Positions 42,986-52,317 of a DNA stretch of 64,000 nt are shown piece by piece. The stretch comes from Candidatus Aminicenantes bacterium. GTDB lineage: Bacteria > Acidobacteriota > Aminicenantia > Aminicenantales > Saccharicenantaceae. The stretch is from the NCBI GenBank assembly GCA_017999365.1, contig JAGNLW010000002.1:160530-224529 (forward strand), in the 5' to 3' direction. Made by a program: the position numbers and the translations under genes. Under the pieces are notes generated by a model. It had not been told where the DNA came from. It saw only the letters and a program-made list of their open reading frames with translations, and did not search any database. The first letter of the stretch is position 1. Each line of letters starts with the position of its first letter.

Positions 42986-44503
42986 CTACTTCAGGCCCTC
43001 CCGGTACTCGGCGGTGAAGGCCTTCAGGGCGGCGGCGATCTCGCCGTCGAGGGCCGTGTCGATGTGCTTCTTCTCGCGCAGGCGCGTCAGGATGTCGGCG
43101 TGCCGGCGCTCGAAGCGCTCGTAGAGCTTCTTCTCGTAGTTCCGGATCTCGGCCACGGGCAGGGTGTCGAGGTAGCCGCGGTTGGCGGCGTAGATGACCA
43201 GGACCTGCTTCTCGACCGGGATGGGCGCGAACTGGCCCTGCTTGAGGATCTCGGTCAGCCGCTCGCCGCGGTCGAGCTGGGCCTGGCTGGTCTTGTCGAG
43301 TTCGGTGCCGAACTGGGCGAAGGTGACGAGCTCGCGGTACTGGGCCAGGTCGAGCTTGAGCTTGCCGGCGACCTGCTTCATGGCCTTGACCTGGGCGTTG
43401 CCGCCGACGCGCGAGACGGAGATGCCGACGTTGATGGCCGGCCGGACGCCGGCGTTGAACAGGTCGGGCTGGAGGTAGATCTGCCCGTCCGTGATGGAGA
43501 TGACGTTGGTCGGGATGTAGCCGGAGACGTCGCCGGCCTGGGTCTCGATGATGGGCAGGGCCGTCAGCGAGCCGCCGCCGAGCTCGTCGCTGAGCTTGGC
43601 GGCCCGTTCGAGGAGGCGCGAGTGGAGGTAGAAGACGTCGCCGGGGAAGGCCTCCCGGCCCGGCGGCCGCCGCAGGAGGAGCGAGATCTCGCGGTAGGCC
43701 GCGGCGTGCTTGGACAGGTCGTCGTAGACGACCAGGGCGTGGCGCTTGGTGTCGCGGAAGTACTCGCCGATGGCGCAGCCGGCGTAGGGCGCCAGGTACT
43801 GCAGGGGCGAGGGGTCGCTGGCCGAGGAGGCCACGACGATGGTGTAGTCCATGGCCCCGAAGTCCTCGAGGGTCTTGACGGTCTGGGCGATGGTCGAGTT
43901 CTTCTGGCCGATGGCGACGTAGATGCAGACGACGCCGGAGCCCTTGAGGTTGATGATGGTGTCGAGGACGATGACGGTTTTGCCGGTCTGGCGGTCGCCG
44001 ATGATGAGCTCGCGCTGGCCGCGGCCGATGGGGATCATGCTGTCGATGGCCTTGATGCCGGTCTGGAGCGGCTCGCGGACGGGCTGGCGGTCGACGACGC
44101 CCGGGGCCAGGCGCTCGACGTGCATGAAGGTGTCGGTCTGGATGGGGCCCTTGCCGTCGAGGGGCTGGCCGAGGGGGTTGACGACGCGGCCGATCATGGC
44201 CTCGCCGGCCGGAACCTGCATGATGCGCCGGGTCCGCTTGACGACGTCGCCCTCGCGGACGAGGTGGCTCTCGCCGAGCAGGACGGCGCCGACGTTCTCC
44301 TCCTCGAGGTTGAGGGCCAGGCCGAAGACGCCCCGGGGGAACTCCAGGAGCTCGTTGGACATGACCCGGTCCAGGCCGTAGACGCGGGCGATGCCGTCGC
44401 CGACCGAGGTGACCGTGCCGACCTCGCGGATGTCGACCTCCTGGGCGAAGCCCTCGATCTGCTGCTGGATGATCTTGGTGATCTCGTCGGCTTTGATGCT
44501 CAT
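42986..44503 (-). CDS. atpA: F1Fo ATP synthase alpha subunit
   Basis: Walker A GDRQTGKT, full-length alpha similarity. Confidence 0.95.
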   Translation of the reverse strand: MSIKADEITKIIQQQIEGFAQEVDIREVGTVTSVGDGIARVYGLDRVMSNELLEFPRGVFGLALNLEEENVGAVLLGESHLVREGDVVKRTRRIMQVPAGEAMIGRVVNPLGQPLDGKGPIQTDTFMHVERLAPGVVDRQPVREPLQTGIKAIDSMIPIGRGQRELIIGDRQTGKTVIVLDTIINLKGSGVVCIYVAIGQKNSTIAQTVKTLEDFGAMDYTIVVASSASDPSPLQYLAPYAGCAIGEYFRDTKRHALVVYDDLSKHAAAYREISLLLRRPPGREAFPGDVFYLHSRLLERAAKLSDELGGGSLTALPIIETQAGDVSGYIPTNVISITDGQIYLQPDLFNAGVRPAINVGISVSRVGGNAQVKAMKQVAGKLKLDLAQYRELVTFAQFGTELDKTSQAQLDRGERLTEILKQGQFAPIPVEKQVLVIYAANRGYLDTLPVAEIRNYEKKLYERFERRHADILTRLREKKHIDTALDGEIAAALKAFTAEYREGLK

Positions 44504-44511
44504 GGCAACCT

Positions 44512-45060
44512 CTATCTCTCTTCGTGGCCGAGCCGTTCCTGGAGGGCGCGGAGCTCCCCTTCGACGGACGCGTCATAGACGATGTGGCCCTTGCGCAGGG
44601 CCAGGCCGCCGACGAGGCCGGGGTCGTCCTCGAGGACGAGGCGGACGGGCCGGCCCTCGGCCGACTCGAGGGAGGCGGCCAGCCGGTCGCGCTGGGCGGC
44701 GGACAGGGGCGCGGCCGAGGCCACGCGGTAGGTGACGACGCCCTGTTTCTCGCTCCAGGCCTCGGGGAGCGTCGCGACGATGTCCGGCAGGAGGGCCATG
44801 CGCTTGTGCTGGTGGAGGAGCTTGAAGAAGCGGGTCGCCTTCGGGCCGGTGCCTAGGCGGGCCAGGACCTCGTCGAGGATGGCCTCGCGGCGGCGGGCGT
44901 TGACGAAGGGGCTGACAAGGGCCCGCCGCAGGTCGGCGTGGGCGGCCAGGGCGTCGGCGAGGGCGCGGACCTCGGCCCCGACGGCGGCGTACTCCGCCTC
45001 GCCCTCGAGGGCCCGGGCCAGGCCCTCGGCGTACTTCTTAACGAGGGGCAGGTTTCTCAT
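44512..45060 (-). CDS. atpH: F1Fo ATP synthase delta subunit (OSCP)
   Basis: Position between atpF and atpA, OSCP-like length and C-terminal GGLxxRxGxxxxDxS pattern. Confidence 0.8.
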   Translation of the reverse strand: MRNLPLVKKYAEGLARALEGEAEYAAVGAEVRALADALAAHADLRRALVSPFVNARRREAILDEVLARLGTGPKATRFFKLLHQHKRMALLPDIVATLPEAWSEKQGVVTYRVASAAPLSAAQRDRLAASLESAEGRPVRLVLEDDPGLVGGLALRKGHIVYDASVEGELRALQERLGHEER

Positions 45061-45634
45061 GGATGCGGGACAGCCTGTCGATGGATCGGTCGATGAGCGC
45101 GGCCTGGCGCTCGGGCGTCAGGCGCCGGCGGATGCGCTCGCGGGCCAGGGCCGTGGCCCGGGCGGCGGCGTAGGCCTTGAGCTCGCCGACGCTCTGGCGG
45201 ACCTGGGCCTCGAGCTCCTGGCGGGTCAGCTTCTTGAGGCGCTCGGCCTCGTCGCGGGCGGCCCGGGCGATGCGCTCGCTCTCGCGCTTCCCTTCCGCCT
45301 CGGCTTGGGCCTTGAGGGCGGCGACCTCGCCGGCCAACCCGTCCGCTTTGGCCCGGGAGGCGGCAGCGCGGGACTCGGCCGCGGTCCGGCCGCTCTCGGC
45401 CTCGCGGATGGAATCCCCGACGGCCGCGGTCTGCTTGATGAGCAGGGCTTTGGCCGGCTTGCGCAGGAGGAAGGTCAGGCCGCCGAAGAGGATGAGGAAG
45501 TTGACGACCTTGCCGACGAAGTCCATGGTCGCCGAGGCGTGGCCGCCTTCTTCGGTGGACGCTCCTAAAAGGAGAGGCAGGATCAGGATGATGAGCGGGA
45601 CGAGGACGGGGGCCGGGGCGGGGCGGCGGCGCAT
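45038..45634 (-). CDS. atpF2: F1Fo ATP synthase subunit b' (second b-type subunit); start uncertain
   Basis: N-terminal TM helix (VNFLILFGGLTFLL) followed by long charged coiled-coil; upstream part of 352-aa ORF is low-complexity; candidate starts MRRRPAP or MDFVGKV. Confidence 0.65.
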   Translation of the reverse strand: MRRRPAPAPVLVPLIILILPLLLGASTEEGGHASATMDFVGKVVNFLILFGGLTFLLRKPAKALLIKQTAAVGDSIREAESGRTAAESRAAASRAKADGLAGEVAALKAQAEAEGKRESERIARAARDEAERLKKLTRQELEAQVRQSVGELKAYAAARATALARERIRRRLTPERQAALIDRSIDRLSRIHEKPAPR

Positions 45635-46053
45635 CAGTCCCCCAGGACCCGCTTCTCGATGGACTCGGCGATCTCCTCGGTACGCTTGTCGAGGTCCTTC
45701 TTGAGGGCCTCCGTCTCCCGGCGGAGCTCCTCCTTGGCCTTCTCGACCTCGGCCCGGCCCTCGGCCTGGACCTCGCGGACGAGCCGGCTCTTGTCCTTGA
45801 GGGCTTCGGTCTCGGCGGCGGCCCGGATGGCGTCGGCCGCGGCCCGGGCCTCCTTGAGGCCGTCCTCGATGCGCTTGAGGTCGCCCTCGGCGGCCTTGAG
45901 GGCCTCTTCGGCGGCGGCCTTGTCCCTGGCGATGCGCGAGGCCCGCTCGTCGAGGACCTTCAGGATGGGCTTGAAGAAGATCCGGGTGAGGATCAACACC
46001 AGGACCCAGACGATGGCGAAGACGACCAAGGCCGTCGCGTCGATTTGAAGCAT
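45634..46053 (-). CDS. atpF: F1Fo ATP synthase subunit b
   Basis: MLQIDATALVVFAIVWVLVLILTRIFFKPILKVLDER... TM + coiled-coil b-subunit pattern. Confidence 0.75.
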   Translation of the reverse strand: MLQIDATALVVFAIVWVLVLILTRIFFKPILKVLDERASRIARDKAAAEEALKAAEGDLKRIEDGLKEARAAADAIRAAAETEALKDKSRLVREVQAEGRAEVEKAKEELRRETEALKKDLDKRTEEIAESIEKRVLGD

Positions 46054-46224
46054 CAGGCGACTTTCCCAGAGGGAAAAGTAAAGGAAAATGTACCACGATT
46101 GGGGTCGAAAAGCAATCGCTCAGAACCTCTCACGACATGTTCCGGCATGGCCGTCGCCGGATCGCCCGACCTCGCCTTTGAGGACGGCCGGGACGACGTT
46201 CTGCGGGTTCTTTCGTGAGGGGAC

Positions 46225-46253
46225 TTGACAAATAGACATTTGAATATTACAAT
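46225..46253 (+). promoter_or_regulatory. near-consensus sigma70 promoter TTGACA-N17-TACAAT upstream of vapBC
   Basis: TTGACA 46225-46230, 17-nt spacer, TACAAT 46248-46253; 33 nt before vapB ATG. Confidence 0.45.
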
Positions 46254-46286
46254 GCATTTGAACCAAGGAACGAATAGGGTTACCTG

Positions 46287-46529
46287 ATGAGAACGACCAT
46301 CGAATTGTCGGACGACCTGATCGCCGCCCTCCACGCCCTGGCGGTGAGGAAAGGGCACCGGGGCTATTCCCGGATCATGGAGGAGGCAGTCAAGCACTAT
46401 CTCCGCGATCTCGAGAAAAAAGAGGGGACTTGGAGCGTCCTTATGAAGATGAGGGGGAGCTGGACCGCCGAAGAAGCCGAAGAGACGAGAAAGAAACTCG
46501 AGGAGCTACGGACAAATTGGCCCGCCTAG
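46287..46529 (+). CDS. vapB: VapB-type (RHH/MetJ-Arc) antitoxin
   Basis: MRTTIELSDDLIAALHALAVRKGH... RHH N-terminus; immediately precedes PIN-domain gene. Confidence 0.75.
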   Translation: MRTTIELSDDLIAALHALAVRKGHRGYSRIMEEAVKHYLRDLEKKEGTWSVLMKMRGSWTAEEAEETRKKLEELRTNWPA

Positions 46530-46903
46530 TGGTCGCGGACACCGACGTCGTCATCGATTTCTTCACCGACGAGGCCCCACGGGCCCGGGTCGTGGCGGAG
46601 CTGCTGACAGAGAAGCGCTTGGCCGTCGCGGCCATTTCAGTCTTCGAGCTCTATGCGGGGATCCGGGGTGCCAAGAGACTGAAACAGCTGGAATCGTTCT
46701 TCACGCACGTGCCTGTCTTGCCGCTCGACGTCCTGGCGGCCGCCTATGCGGGCCGGATCTATACGGATCTCCGGTCGGCGGGAGTGACCGTCGGCAACCA
46801 GGACATCCTCATCGCCGGGACCTGCCTGGCGAACGGCCTTCCCCTCTTCACCGGGAACACATCCCACTTCGCCTCCATCAAGGGCCTAACCCTCTTCCCC
46901 TGA
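46529..46903 (+). CDS. vapC: VapC PIN-domain ribonuclease toxin
   Basis: GTG start overlapping vapB stop (TAGTG); LVVADTDVVIDFF... PIN acidic residues, C-terminal LPLFTGNTSHF. Confidence 0.75.
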   Translation: MVADTDVVIDFFTDEAPRARVVAELLTEKRLAVAAISVFELYAGIRGAKRLKQLESFFTHVPVLPLDVLAAAYAGRIYTDLRSAGVTVGNQDILIAGTCLANGLPLFTGNTSHFASIKGLTLFP

Positions 46904-47017
46904 ATTGAGCGGAGGTGCGCAAGGCCGGCCGGCCAACGTTGGTGGCGTCGACCCGCCCGCCCATTTCGGCTTGACTTAGCCTTTTCGCTTGAATATCCTC
47001 AGATCGAGGGCGAGTCG

Positions 47018-47191
47018 ATGATGGGCGCAACGCCTGATTATTGGCTTTGGGATTCCGCCTATGAATGGTCAAAGGTGATGGAAATGGCTCAGCTGACACT
47101 CGATCTCATGAAGGCTTTTCAGGAGCGCCTAGAAGCGTTTGCTACATCAGTTTCAGTATCAATTGGTTTTGCCCTCTCCGGGGCCATCTAA
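47018..47191 (+). CDS. small hypothetical ORF (57 aa) in low-GC island
   Basis: Manual translation MMGATPDYWLWDSAYEWSKVMEMAQLTLDLMKAFQERLEAFATSVSVSIGFALSGAI; too short for ORF track. Confidence 0.2.
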   Translation: MMGATPDYWLWDSAYEWSKVMEMAQLTLDLMKAFQERLEAFATSVSVSIGFALSGAI

Positions 47192-47198
47192 CAACAAC

Positions 47199-47510
47199 AT
47201 GAAGATCCGGAGCACTGTTTCCTGGGGCGCAATTGGCGCTGCGATCTTTATTGCCGTGGGCATTTTGACTGTGCTTCTCGGTGAGGACGGAGGCTTCTGG
47301 GGAAATTTCTTTATGATATTAAGTATTCCTGCAGTCCATATCTGGGCGATGCTGCTAAGCCTATTCTTCGGTACTGTTGAGGGGCCGCCCAGCGGTTATC
47401 GGATATATTTCTTGATCTATATGGGTACGCTTGGCTTCTTCGTAGGCAGTCTGTCAAGAGCTCTGCGTATGAGATGGAGGAGGCGTCGGGGGGATCAGAA
47501 CGATGGATGA
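47199..47510 (+). CDS. small membrane protein (3 predicted TM helices) in low-GC island
   Basis: MKIRSTVSWGAIGAAIFIAVGILTVLLGE...; hydrophobic segments; low GC. Confidence 0.4.
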   Translation: MKIRSTVSWGAIGAAIFIAVGILTVLLGEDGGFWGNFFMILSIPAVHIWAMLLSLFFGTVEGPPSGYRIYFLIYMGTLGFFVGSLSRALRMRWRRRRGDQNDG

Positions 47511-47612
47511 TCTGCATGCTAATTGGCTAATAGCCGGTCGAGAACGGTAAAATGCGGTGTCAAAGAATGGCAATGGACTGATTGATCTGGAATCGTCTCC
47601 CGGAGCCGGCTC

Positions 47613-48731
47613 TTGGACGAGCAGAGGCGAGAGCGGGAGGGGAAGGAAGCCGATAAAGACTCAGACCGAGCCCGGGAGAGGAGGACCGATGCCGCCGGGC
47701 CGGCCGATAGAACAGATAGGTCTGGCGATTGCTCATCCGGTACGGCCAAAATGATGTCCGCTTCCCCCGTCGGAAACTTCTACATCTACTCCTCTGACGG
47801 CAAGCTGCTCCAGGTGTACGATGTTTATGGGGCGCTGCTAAAGGACTTCATCTATATGGGAAGCCGGCTTATCGCCGAGTACGACCATGTCGGTGCGCGC
47901 CTTCTCTACTACACGCCGGACCAGATCAATTCCACCCGCGTCGTGACGGACCAGAGCGGAAATGTCGTCTATTCGGCGACCTATGCTCCCTATGGCGAGA
48001 TCAGGACTGAGCAGGGTACCGTGGACCCGTTGCCGAAGTTCTCGGGCAAGGAGCGCGACGCCGAATCGCAGCTCGATTACTTCGGGGCGAGGTACTTCGA
48101 CAGGAATATCTATAGGTTCATTTCGGTGGACCCCGGTGCTACTTCGAGTGACGCGGCGATAAACCAACAATACTTGAATCTTTACTCATATTGCCTAAAT
48201 AACCCCGCCCTTGGTATGGACCCAGATGGAAGAGATGTAATTATCAGCGTATTCCGGACAAGCTCGACCCCTAACAGCACGACAGGCATTATGTTCCTTT
48301 GCGATAAGTCGTTATATCCGACCGAATCTCTGGGGCCGACCTGGGAGCTCGGCTATAACAATAATGCTCAAAATATTAGCTGCATTGAGTCCGGCATTTA
48401 TACGGGACATGCCGTGCTCCGCCTAGACCTAGGATACGATGTCATTCAATTGGATAATGTTAAGGGAAGGATGTCTATTCAGATTCACCCTCATGGAAGG
48501 CGCAATTACGGATGTATTGGAATGAAACGGGGGTGGGCCTTTCAGTCGCTCATGGGCAAGCTTGGTATCATGGGTAATTTCCCGTATTTTGGTCCGAACG
48601 GGGGGATTAATATTGATGTCCCGATTAGCAATGGTCCGATAATTGTCTACGTCTTTTGGTGGGACTTTCCCAAAATTAAAGAGCTAATACCTATCGTGAC
48701 ATATACATACAAGGTAACCAAGGTCTTCTAA
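47613..48731 (+). CDS. orphan Rhs/YD-repeat C-terminal fragment with variable toxin tip (likely real start ~47751 MMSASPVG)
   Basis: YD repeats (YYTPDQINSTRVVTDQSGNVV, YAPYGE), RHS core end FSGKERDAESQLDYFGARYFDRNIYRFISVDPG...NLYSYCLNNPALGMDPDGR, then ~185-aa unrelated C-terminal domain; low GC. Confidence 0.7.
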   Translation: MDEQRREREGKEADKDSDRARERRTDAAGPADRTDRSGDCSSGTAKMMSASPVGNFYIYSSDGKLLQVYDVYGALLKDFIYMGSRLIAEYDHVGARLLYYTPDQINSTRVVTDQSGNVVYSATYAPYGEIRTEQGTVDPLPKFSGKERDAESQLDYFGARYFDRNIYRFISVDPGATSSDAAINQQYLNLYSYCLNNPALGMDPDGRDVIISVFRTSSTPNSTTGIMFLCDKSLYPTESLGPTWELGYNNNAQNISCIESGIYTGHAVLRLDLGYDVIQLDNVKGRMSIQIHPHGRRNYGCIGMKRGWAFQSLMGKLGIMGNFPYFGPNGGINIDVPISNGPIIVYVFWWDFPKIKELIPIVTYTYKVTKVF

Positions 48732-49399
48732 TGAAAAAAAGAATGCATCCGCAGTTCTGCTTGAAGGTGGGCGGTCTTTCGCTCTTTTCCTTGCTGATAT
48801 TATTTCTTTTCTATGGCCCATTATTGGCATCGCACCAGGAAACGGGAATAGACTGGAATAAAGTGCAAGAAGCTTTCAAGTCCTATATAAACGATCCATC
48901 ACAAATTCACGGCCACGAACTCGTGAGAGTGCTTCCGACAACAAGACATGTCCTCGGTGAAATGGAAGCTGCATATAAAGACCGTCTGGCGACCCTTAGC
49001 CTGATCTTCGCCGCCGATTATTTTAGTCAGTTCATCGAAAGGGTTCGTGGGGGGGATAGATACGCGATAGAAGCCGCTTTTAGGATCTTCAATTTCACCG
49101 ACGGGGGAGCGTCAGAGGAGATAATGATAATATTAGGAGATTCGTTGCGGGAAAACCCGCTTGATTTTCTCATTGTCGCAAAAAAGCACAAAAAACTGTC
49201 AAACTCCGAGGATTATCTTGCCCCAGCAATCATGACAAGATATGAAGTTGGCTCTGATCTCGAGACAAGTGAATTGAGGTTACGGCTAAAAGCCCTTGAG
49301 AGTGTAGATGAGCCTGGTCTTTTCGAGGTTAGAAGAGCTTTAATTGAAGAGATATCGAAGGCACTACGGGACGACCTCCCGGAAAAAGTGGGCGCTTGA
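48731..49399 (+). CDS. candidate cognate immunity protein (signal peptide/TM anchor)
   Basis: Start overlaps toxin stop (TAATG); N-terminal hydrophobic segment; AT-rich codon usage matching toxin gene. Confidence 0.5.
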   Translation: MKKRMHPQFCLKVGGLSLFSLLILFLFYGPLLASHQETGIDWNKVQEAFKSYINDPSQIHGHELVRVLPTTRHVLGEMEAAYKDRLATLSLIFAADYFSQFIERVRGGDRYAIEAAFRIFNFTDGGASEEIMIILGDSLRENPLDFLIVAKKHKKLSNSEDYLAPAIMTRYEVGSDLETSELRLRLKALESVDEPGLFEVRRALIEEISKALRDDLPEKVGA

Positions 49400-49492
49400 A
49401 ATGGGACACGCCACTCGAAGCTCGAGACTGCCCGTTACAGCGGCACCAGAATTACAAGTCCCCTTTCTTTCCGAGGGATCTGGGCGTAGGGA

Positions 49493-50803
49493 CTAGAACA
49501 ACCGCAGACGCTTGACCTCGCCGATGAGGAAGAGCGAGCCGGCGATGACGACCGGCGTTCGGGGACATGTCCCTCGGGTACGTGTCCCCAAAGACAAGGC
49601 CAGCTCGACGGCCTTGCGGGTGTCGGGCTCGAGGAAGATCGGGCCTTTGAAGGACGGCGGCGCGGCGGCCAGGAGCTCCTCGGGCGAGGCCGAGCGCTTG
49701 TAGGGGACGCGGGTCAGGACGACCGCGGCGGCCCGCGGGAAGAGGACCCGGGTCATGGCCGCGAGGTCCTTGTCCTTCATGGCCGCGAAAACGAGGACGA
49801 CCGGGCGGCGGATCACGTCCTCGAGGTGGACGGCCAGCGCTTCGGCGCCTTCGGGATTGTGGGCCCCGTCGAGGAGGACGAGGGGACGGCGCCGAACCGT
49901 CTCGAGCCGGCCTTCCCAACGCGCCTCTCGAATAGCCCCGAGGACCTTATTCTTACCGAACGGCTTCCAGGTCCGGGACAGGACTTCCGTCACGGCGATG
50001 GCCACGGCGGCGTTGGCGCCCTGGTGGCGGCCGGCGAGCCCGGGCGTGAAGGCGTAGCGGCCGTTCTCGCCCGCGTAGACGAACCGGTATCCGTCGCGGG
50101 TCTTGACCGTCTCGAGCCCCCTCCCCTTCCCGAAGACCTCGGTCAGGGCCGCTCCCCGTTCGCGCGCCGCCTGCCGGATGACGCGCAGGGCCGGCCCGCC
50201 GGCGACGCCGCAGACGACGGGCACCCCCGGCTTGACAATGCCGGCCTTCTCGAAGGCGATCTTCGCGAGCGTCGCGCCGAGGTGCTCCTCGTGGTCCTTG
50301 GCGATGGTCGTGACGACGGAGACGAGGGGCCGGACGACGTTGGTGGCGTCGAACCGGCCGCCCATGCCGACCTCGAGCACGGCCGCGTCGACCCCGCGCT
50401 CGGCGAACTCGAGGAAGGCCAGGGCCGTCAGGACCTCGAAATAGGTCGGGTGATAGACGAGCCGGCCCTCGGCCATGAGGGCGTCGATGACGCCCTTGAG
50501 CCGGGCCACGAGCTCGCGGAAGCGCGCCGGGGCGATGGCCTTCCCGTCGATACGGACCCGCTCCTCCACCCGGGCCAGGTGCGGCGAGGTGTAGAGGCCC
50601 GTCCTCAGCCCGTGGGCCCGTATGATCCCGGCCAGCATGGCCGAGACCGAGCCCTTGCCGTTCGTCCCGGCCACGTGGACCGACAGGAATTGGTTCTGGG
50701 GATTGCCGAGGGCGGCGCACAGTGTCGTGACGTTCTCGAGGCCGAGCTTGATGCCGAAGTGCTGGAGGCGGCCGAGATAGTCCCGGCACTCGGACGGGGT
50801 CAT
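49493..50803 (-). CDS. folC: bifunctional folylpolyglutamate synthase / dihydrofolate synthase
   Basis: HVAGTNGKGS P-loop, Mur-ligase family similarity throughout; start MTPSECRDYLGRLQ. Confidence 0.85.
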   Translation of the reverse strand: MTPSECRDYLGRLQHFGIKLGLENVTTLCAALGNPQNQFLSVHVAGTNGKGSVSAMLAGIIRAHGLRTGLYTSPHLARVEERVRIDGKAIAPARFRELVARLKGVIDALMAEGRLVYHPTYFEVLTALAFLEFAERGVDAAVLEVGMGGRFDATNVVRPLVSVVTTIAKDHEEHLGATLAKIAFEKAGIVKPGVPVVCGVAGGPALRVIRQAARERGAALTEVFGKGRGLETVKTRDGYRFVYAGENGRYAFTPGLAGRHQGANAAVAIAVTEVLSRTWKPFGKNKVLGAIREARWEGRLETVRRRPLVLLDGAHNPEGAEALAVHLEDVIRRPVVLVFAAMKDKDLAAMTRVLFPRAAAVVLTRVPYKRSASPEELLAAAPPSFKGPIFLEPDTRKAVELALSLGTRTRGTCPRTPVVIAGSLFLIGEVKRLRLF

Positions 50804-51591
50804 TGCGGGCGGTTGAGGAACAGCCGCAGCGCCTTGACCAGGTAGGGCTTGAGGGCCTTCCTCTCGACGACGTCGTCGAGCATGCCGTGGGCCAGCAGGA
50901 ACTCGGAGCGCTGGAAGCCCTTGGGCAGCTTCTCCTTGATGGTCTGCTCGATGACCCGCGGCCCGGCGAAGCCGATGAGGGCCTGGGGCTCGCCGACGTT
51001 GATGTCGCCGAGCATGGCGAAGCTGGCCGTCGTGCCGCCCGTCGTCGGGTCGGCCAGGACGGAGATGAACGGGATGCGGGCCTGGCCCAGGCGGGCCACG
51101 GCCGCGCTCGACTTGGCCATCTGCATGAGCGAGAGCATGCCTTCCTGCATGCGCATGCCGCCGGAGCAGGAGACGACGACGACCGGCCGGCCGTCCTCGA
51201 GGGCCCGCTCGCAGGCCCGGGCGATCTTCTCGCCGACGACCGAGGCCACGCTGCCGCCGAGGAAGCCGAAGTCCATGGCCAGGATGTAGACGGGGAGGCC
51301 GCCCATCAGGCCCCGGGCGGTGACGATGGCCTCGGAGAGGCCGGTCTTCCGCTCGTTGTCCTTGATGCGGTCGGCGTAGGCCTTGATGTCGACGAAGTGG
51401 AGGGCGTCGACGGAATGGATGTGGGCGTCGAGGACCTCGTAGGCGCCGTCGTCGAAGAGCATCTGGAGGCGTTCCTCGGCCGAGACGCGGAAGTGGAAGC
51501 CGCAGGCGGGGCACACGGCCAGGTTGTCCAGGATGTCCTGCTTGTAGAGGATCCGCTGGCAGTTGTTGCAACGGGTCCAGAGGCTCGTCAT
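50800..51591 (-). CDS. accD: acetyl-CoA carboxylase carboxyltransferase beta subunit
   Basis: N-terminal Zn-ribbon CNNCQ...CPACGFH, carboxyltransferase domain. Confidence 0.9.
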   Translation of the reverse strand: MTSLWTRCNNCQRILYKQDILDNLAVCPACGFHFRVSAEERLQMLFDDGAYEVLDAHIHSVDALHFVDIKAYADRIKDNERKTGLSEAIVTARGLMGGLPVYILAMDFGFLGGSVASVVGEKIARACERALEDGRPVVVVSCSGGMRMQEGMLSLMQMAKSSAAVARLGQARIPFISVLADPTTGGTTASFAMLGDINVGEPQALIGFAGPRVIEQTIKEKLPKGFQRSEFLLAHGMLDDVVERKALKPYLVKALRLFLNRPQ

Positions 51592-51596
51592 GGGCG

Positions 51597-52085
51597 TTAT
51601 CCTTTCCGGGCCGGTTTCCCCTCCCCCTTGGGAGCGGCGGGCCCGCGGCCGCGGCGGCTGAGGGCCTCGATGACGGAGTTCGGATCGGGCAGCTCGTCCT
51701 CGAAATCGTCCTCGTCGTGGAGCAGGCGCTTGACGGCGGCCAAGAAGGCGGCCGGGTCGAGGGGCTTCTCGAAGAAGTCCGAGGCGCCCAGGCCGTTGAG
51801 GGCCTCCTGGCGGTACTTGGGACCCTTGTAGAGGCCGGTGATGACGATGATGGGGACCCGCCCCTTGGAGTCCTTGCAGATCTTCTGGCAGAGGTCGAAG
51901 CCGTGGAGCTTGGGCAGCATGGCCTCGAGGACGACCAGGTCGGGCTTCTCGGTGATGTAGGCGTCGTAGCCGGCCTTGCCGTCGACGGCCTTGACGACGT
52001 GGTATTTGTTCGTTTTCAGCAGCTTGGAGAGCTTCTCCAGGCTCGGGGCGTCGTAATCGATGAGCAGGACCTTCTTCTCGGACAT
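51597..52085 (-). CDS. stand-alone CheY-like receiver domain protein with Glu at phospho-acceptor position
   Basis: KKVLLIDYD...DLVVLEAMLP...IIVITG...FFEKP aligns to REC D12/D13, D57 (here E), T87, K109. Confidence 0.7.
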   Translation of the reverse strand: MSEKKVLLIDYDAPSLEKLSKLLKTNKYHVVKAVDGKAGYDAYITEKPDLVVLEAMLPKLHGFDLCQKICKDSKGRVPIIVITGLYKGPKYRQEALNGLGASDFFEKPLDPAAFLAAVKRLLHDEDDFEDELPDPNSVIEALSRRGRGPAAPKGEGKPARKG

Positions 52086-52172
52086 GGCACAGGTACCCCC
52101 TAAGATAGGCAAACGGGCGAACCTTGTCAAACGCCCGGGGGCCCGGCCGGGGGGAGAGCCGCGGGCCAGGGG

Positions 52173-52259
52173 CCTATTTCTGCCGCTTGTTCAGGGCCAG
52201 GACGCCGGCCACGACGACGGCCACGCCCAGGGCGAAGAGCAGGATCTTCTTGAGCTTCA
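52173..52259 (-). CDS. possible 28-aa single-TM peptide
   Basis: MKLKKILLFALGVAVVVAGVLALNKRQK with GAAGGA RBS-like sequence upstream; very short. Confidence 0.15.
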
Positions 52260-52317
52260 TCTCGCGCGTTCCTTCGATTGGTTCCCGGGAACGATTATTA
52301 TATGATGGCTCCGTCCC

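Noticed and set aside
47613-47750. First 46 codons (MDEQRREREGKEADKD…) of the Rhs-fragment ORF
   Set aside because: Highly charged low-complexity not resembling Rhs repeats; likely non-coding read-in, with translation more plausibly initiating at ATG 47751
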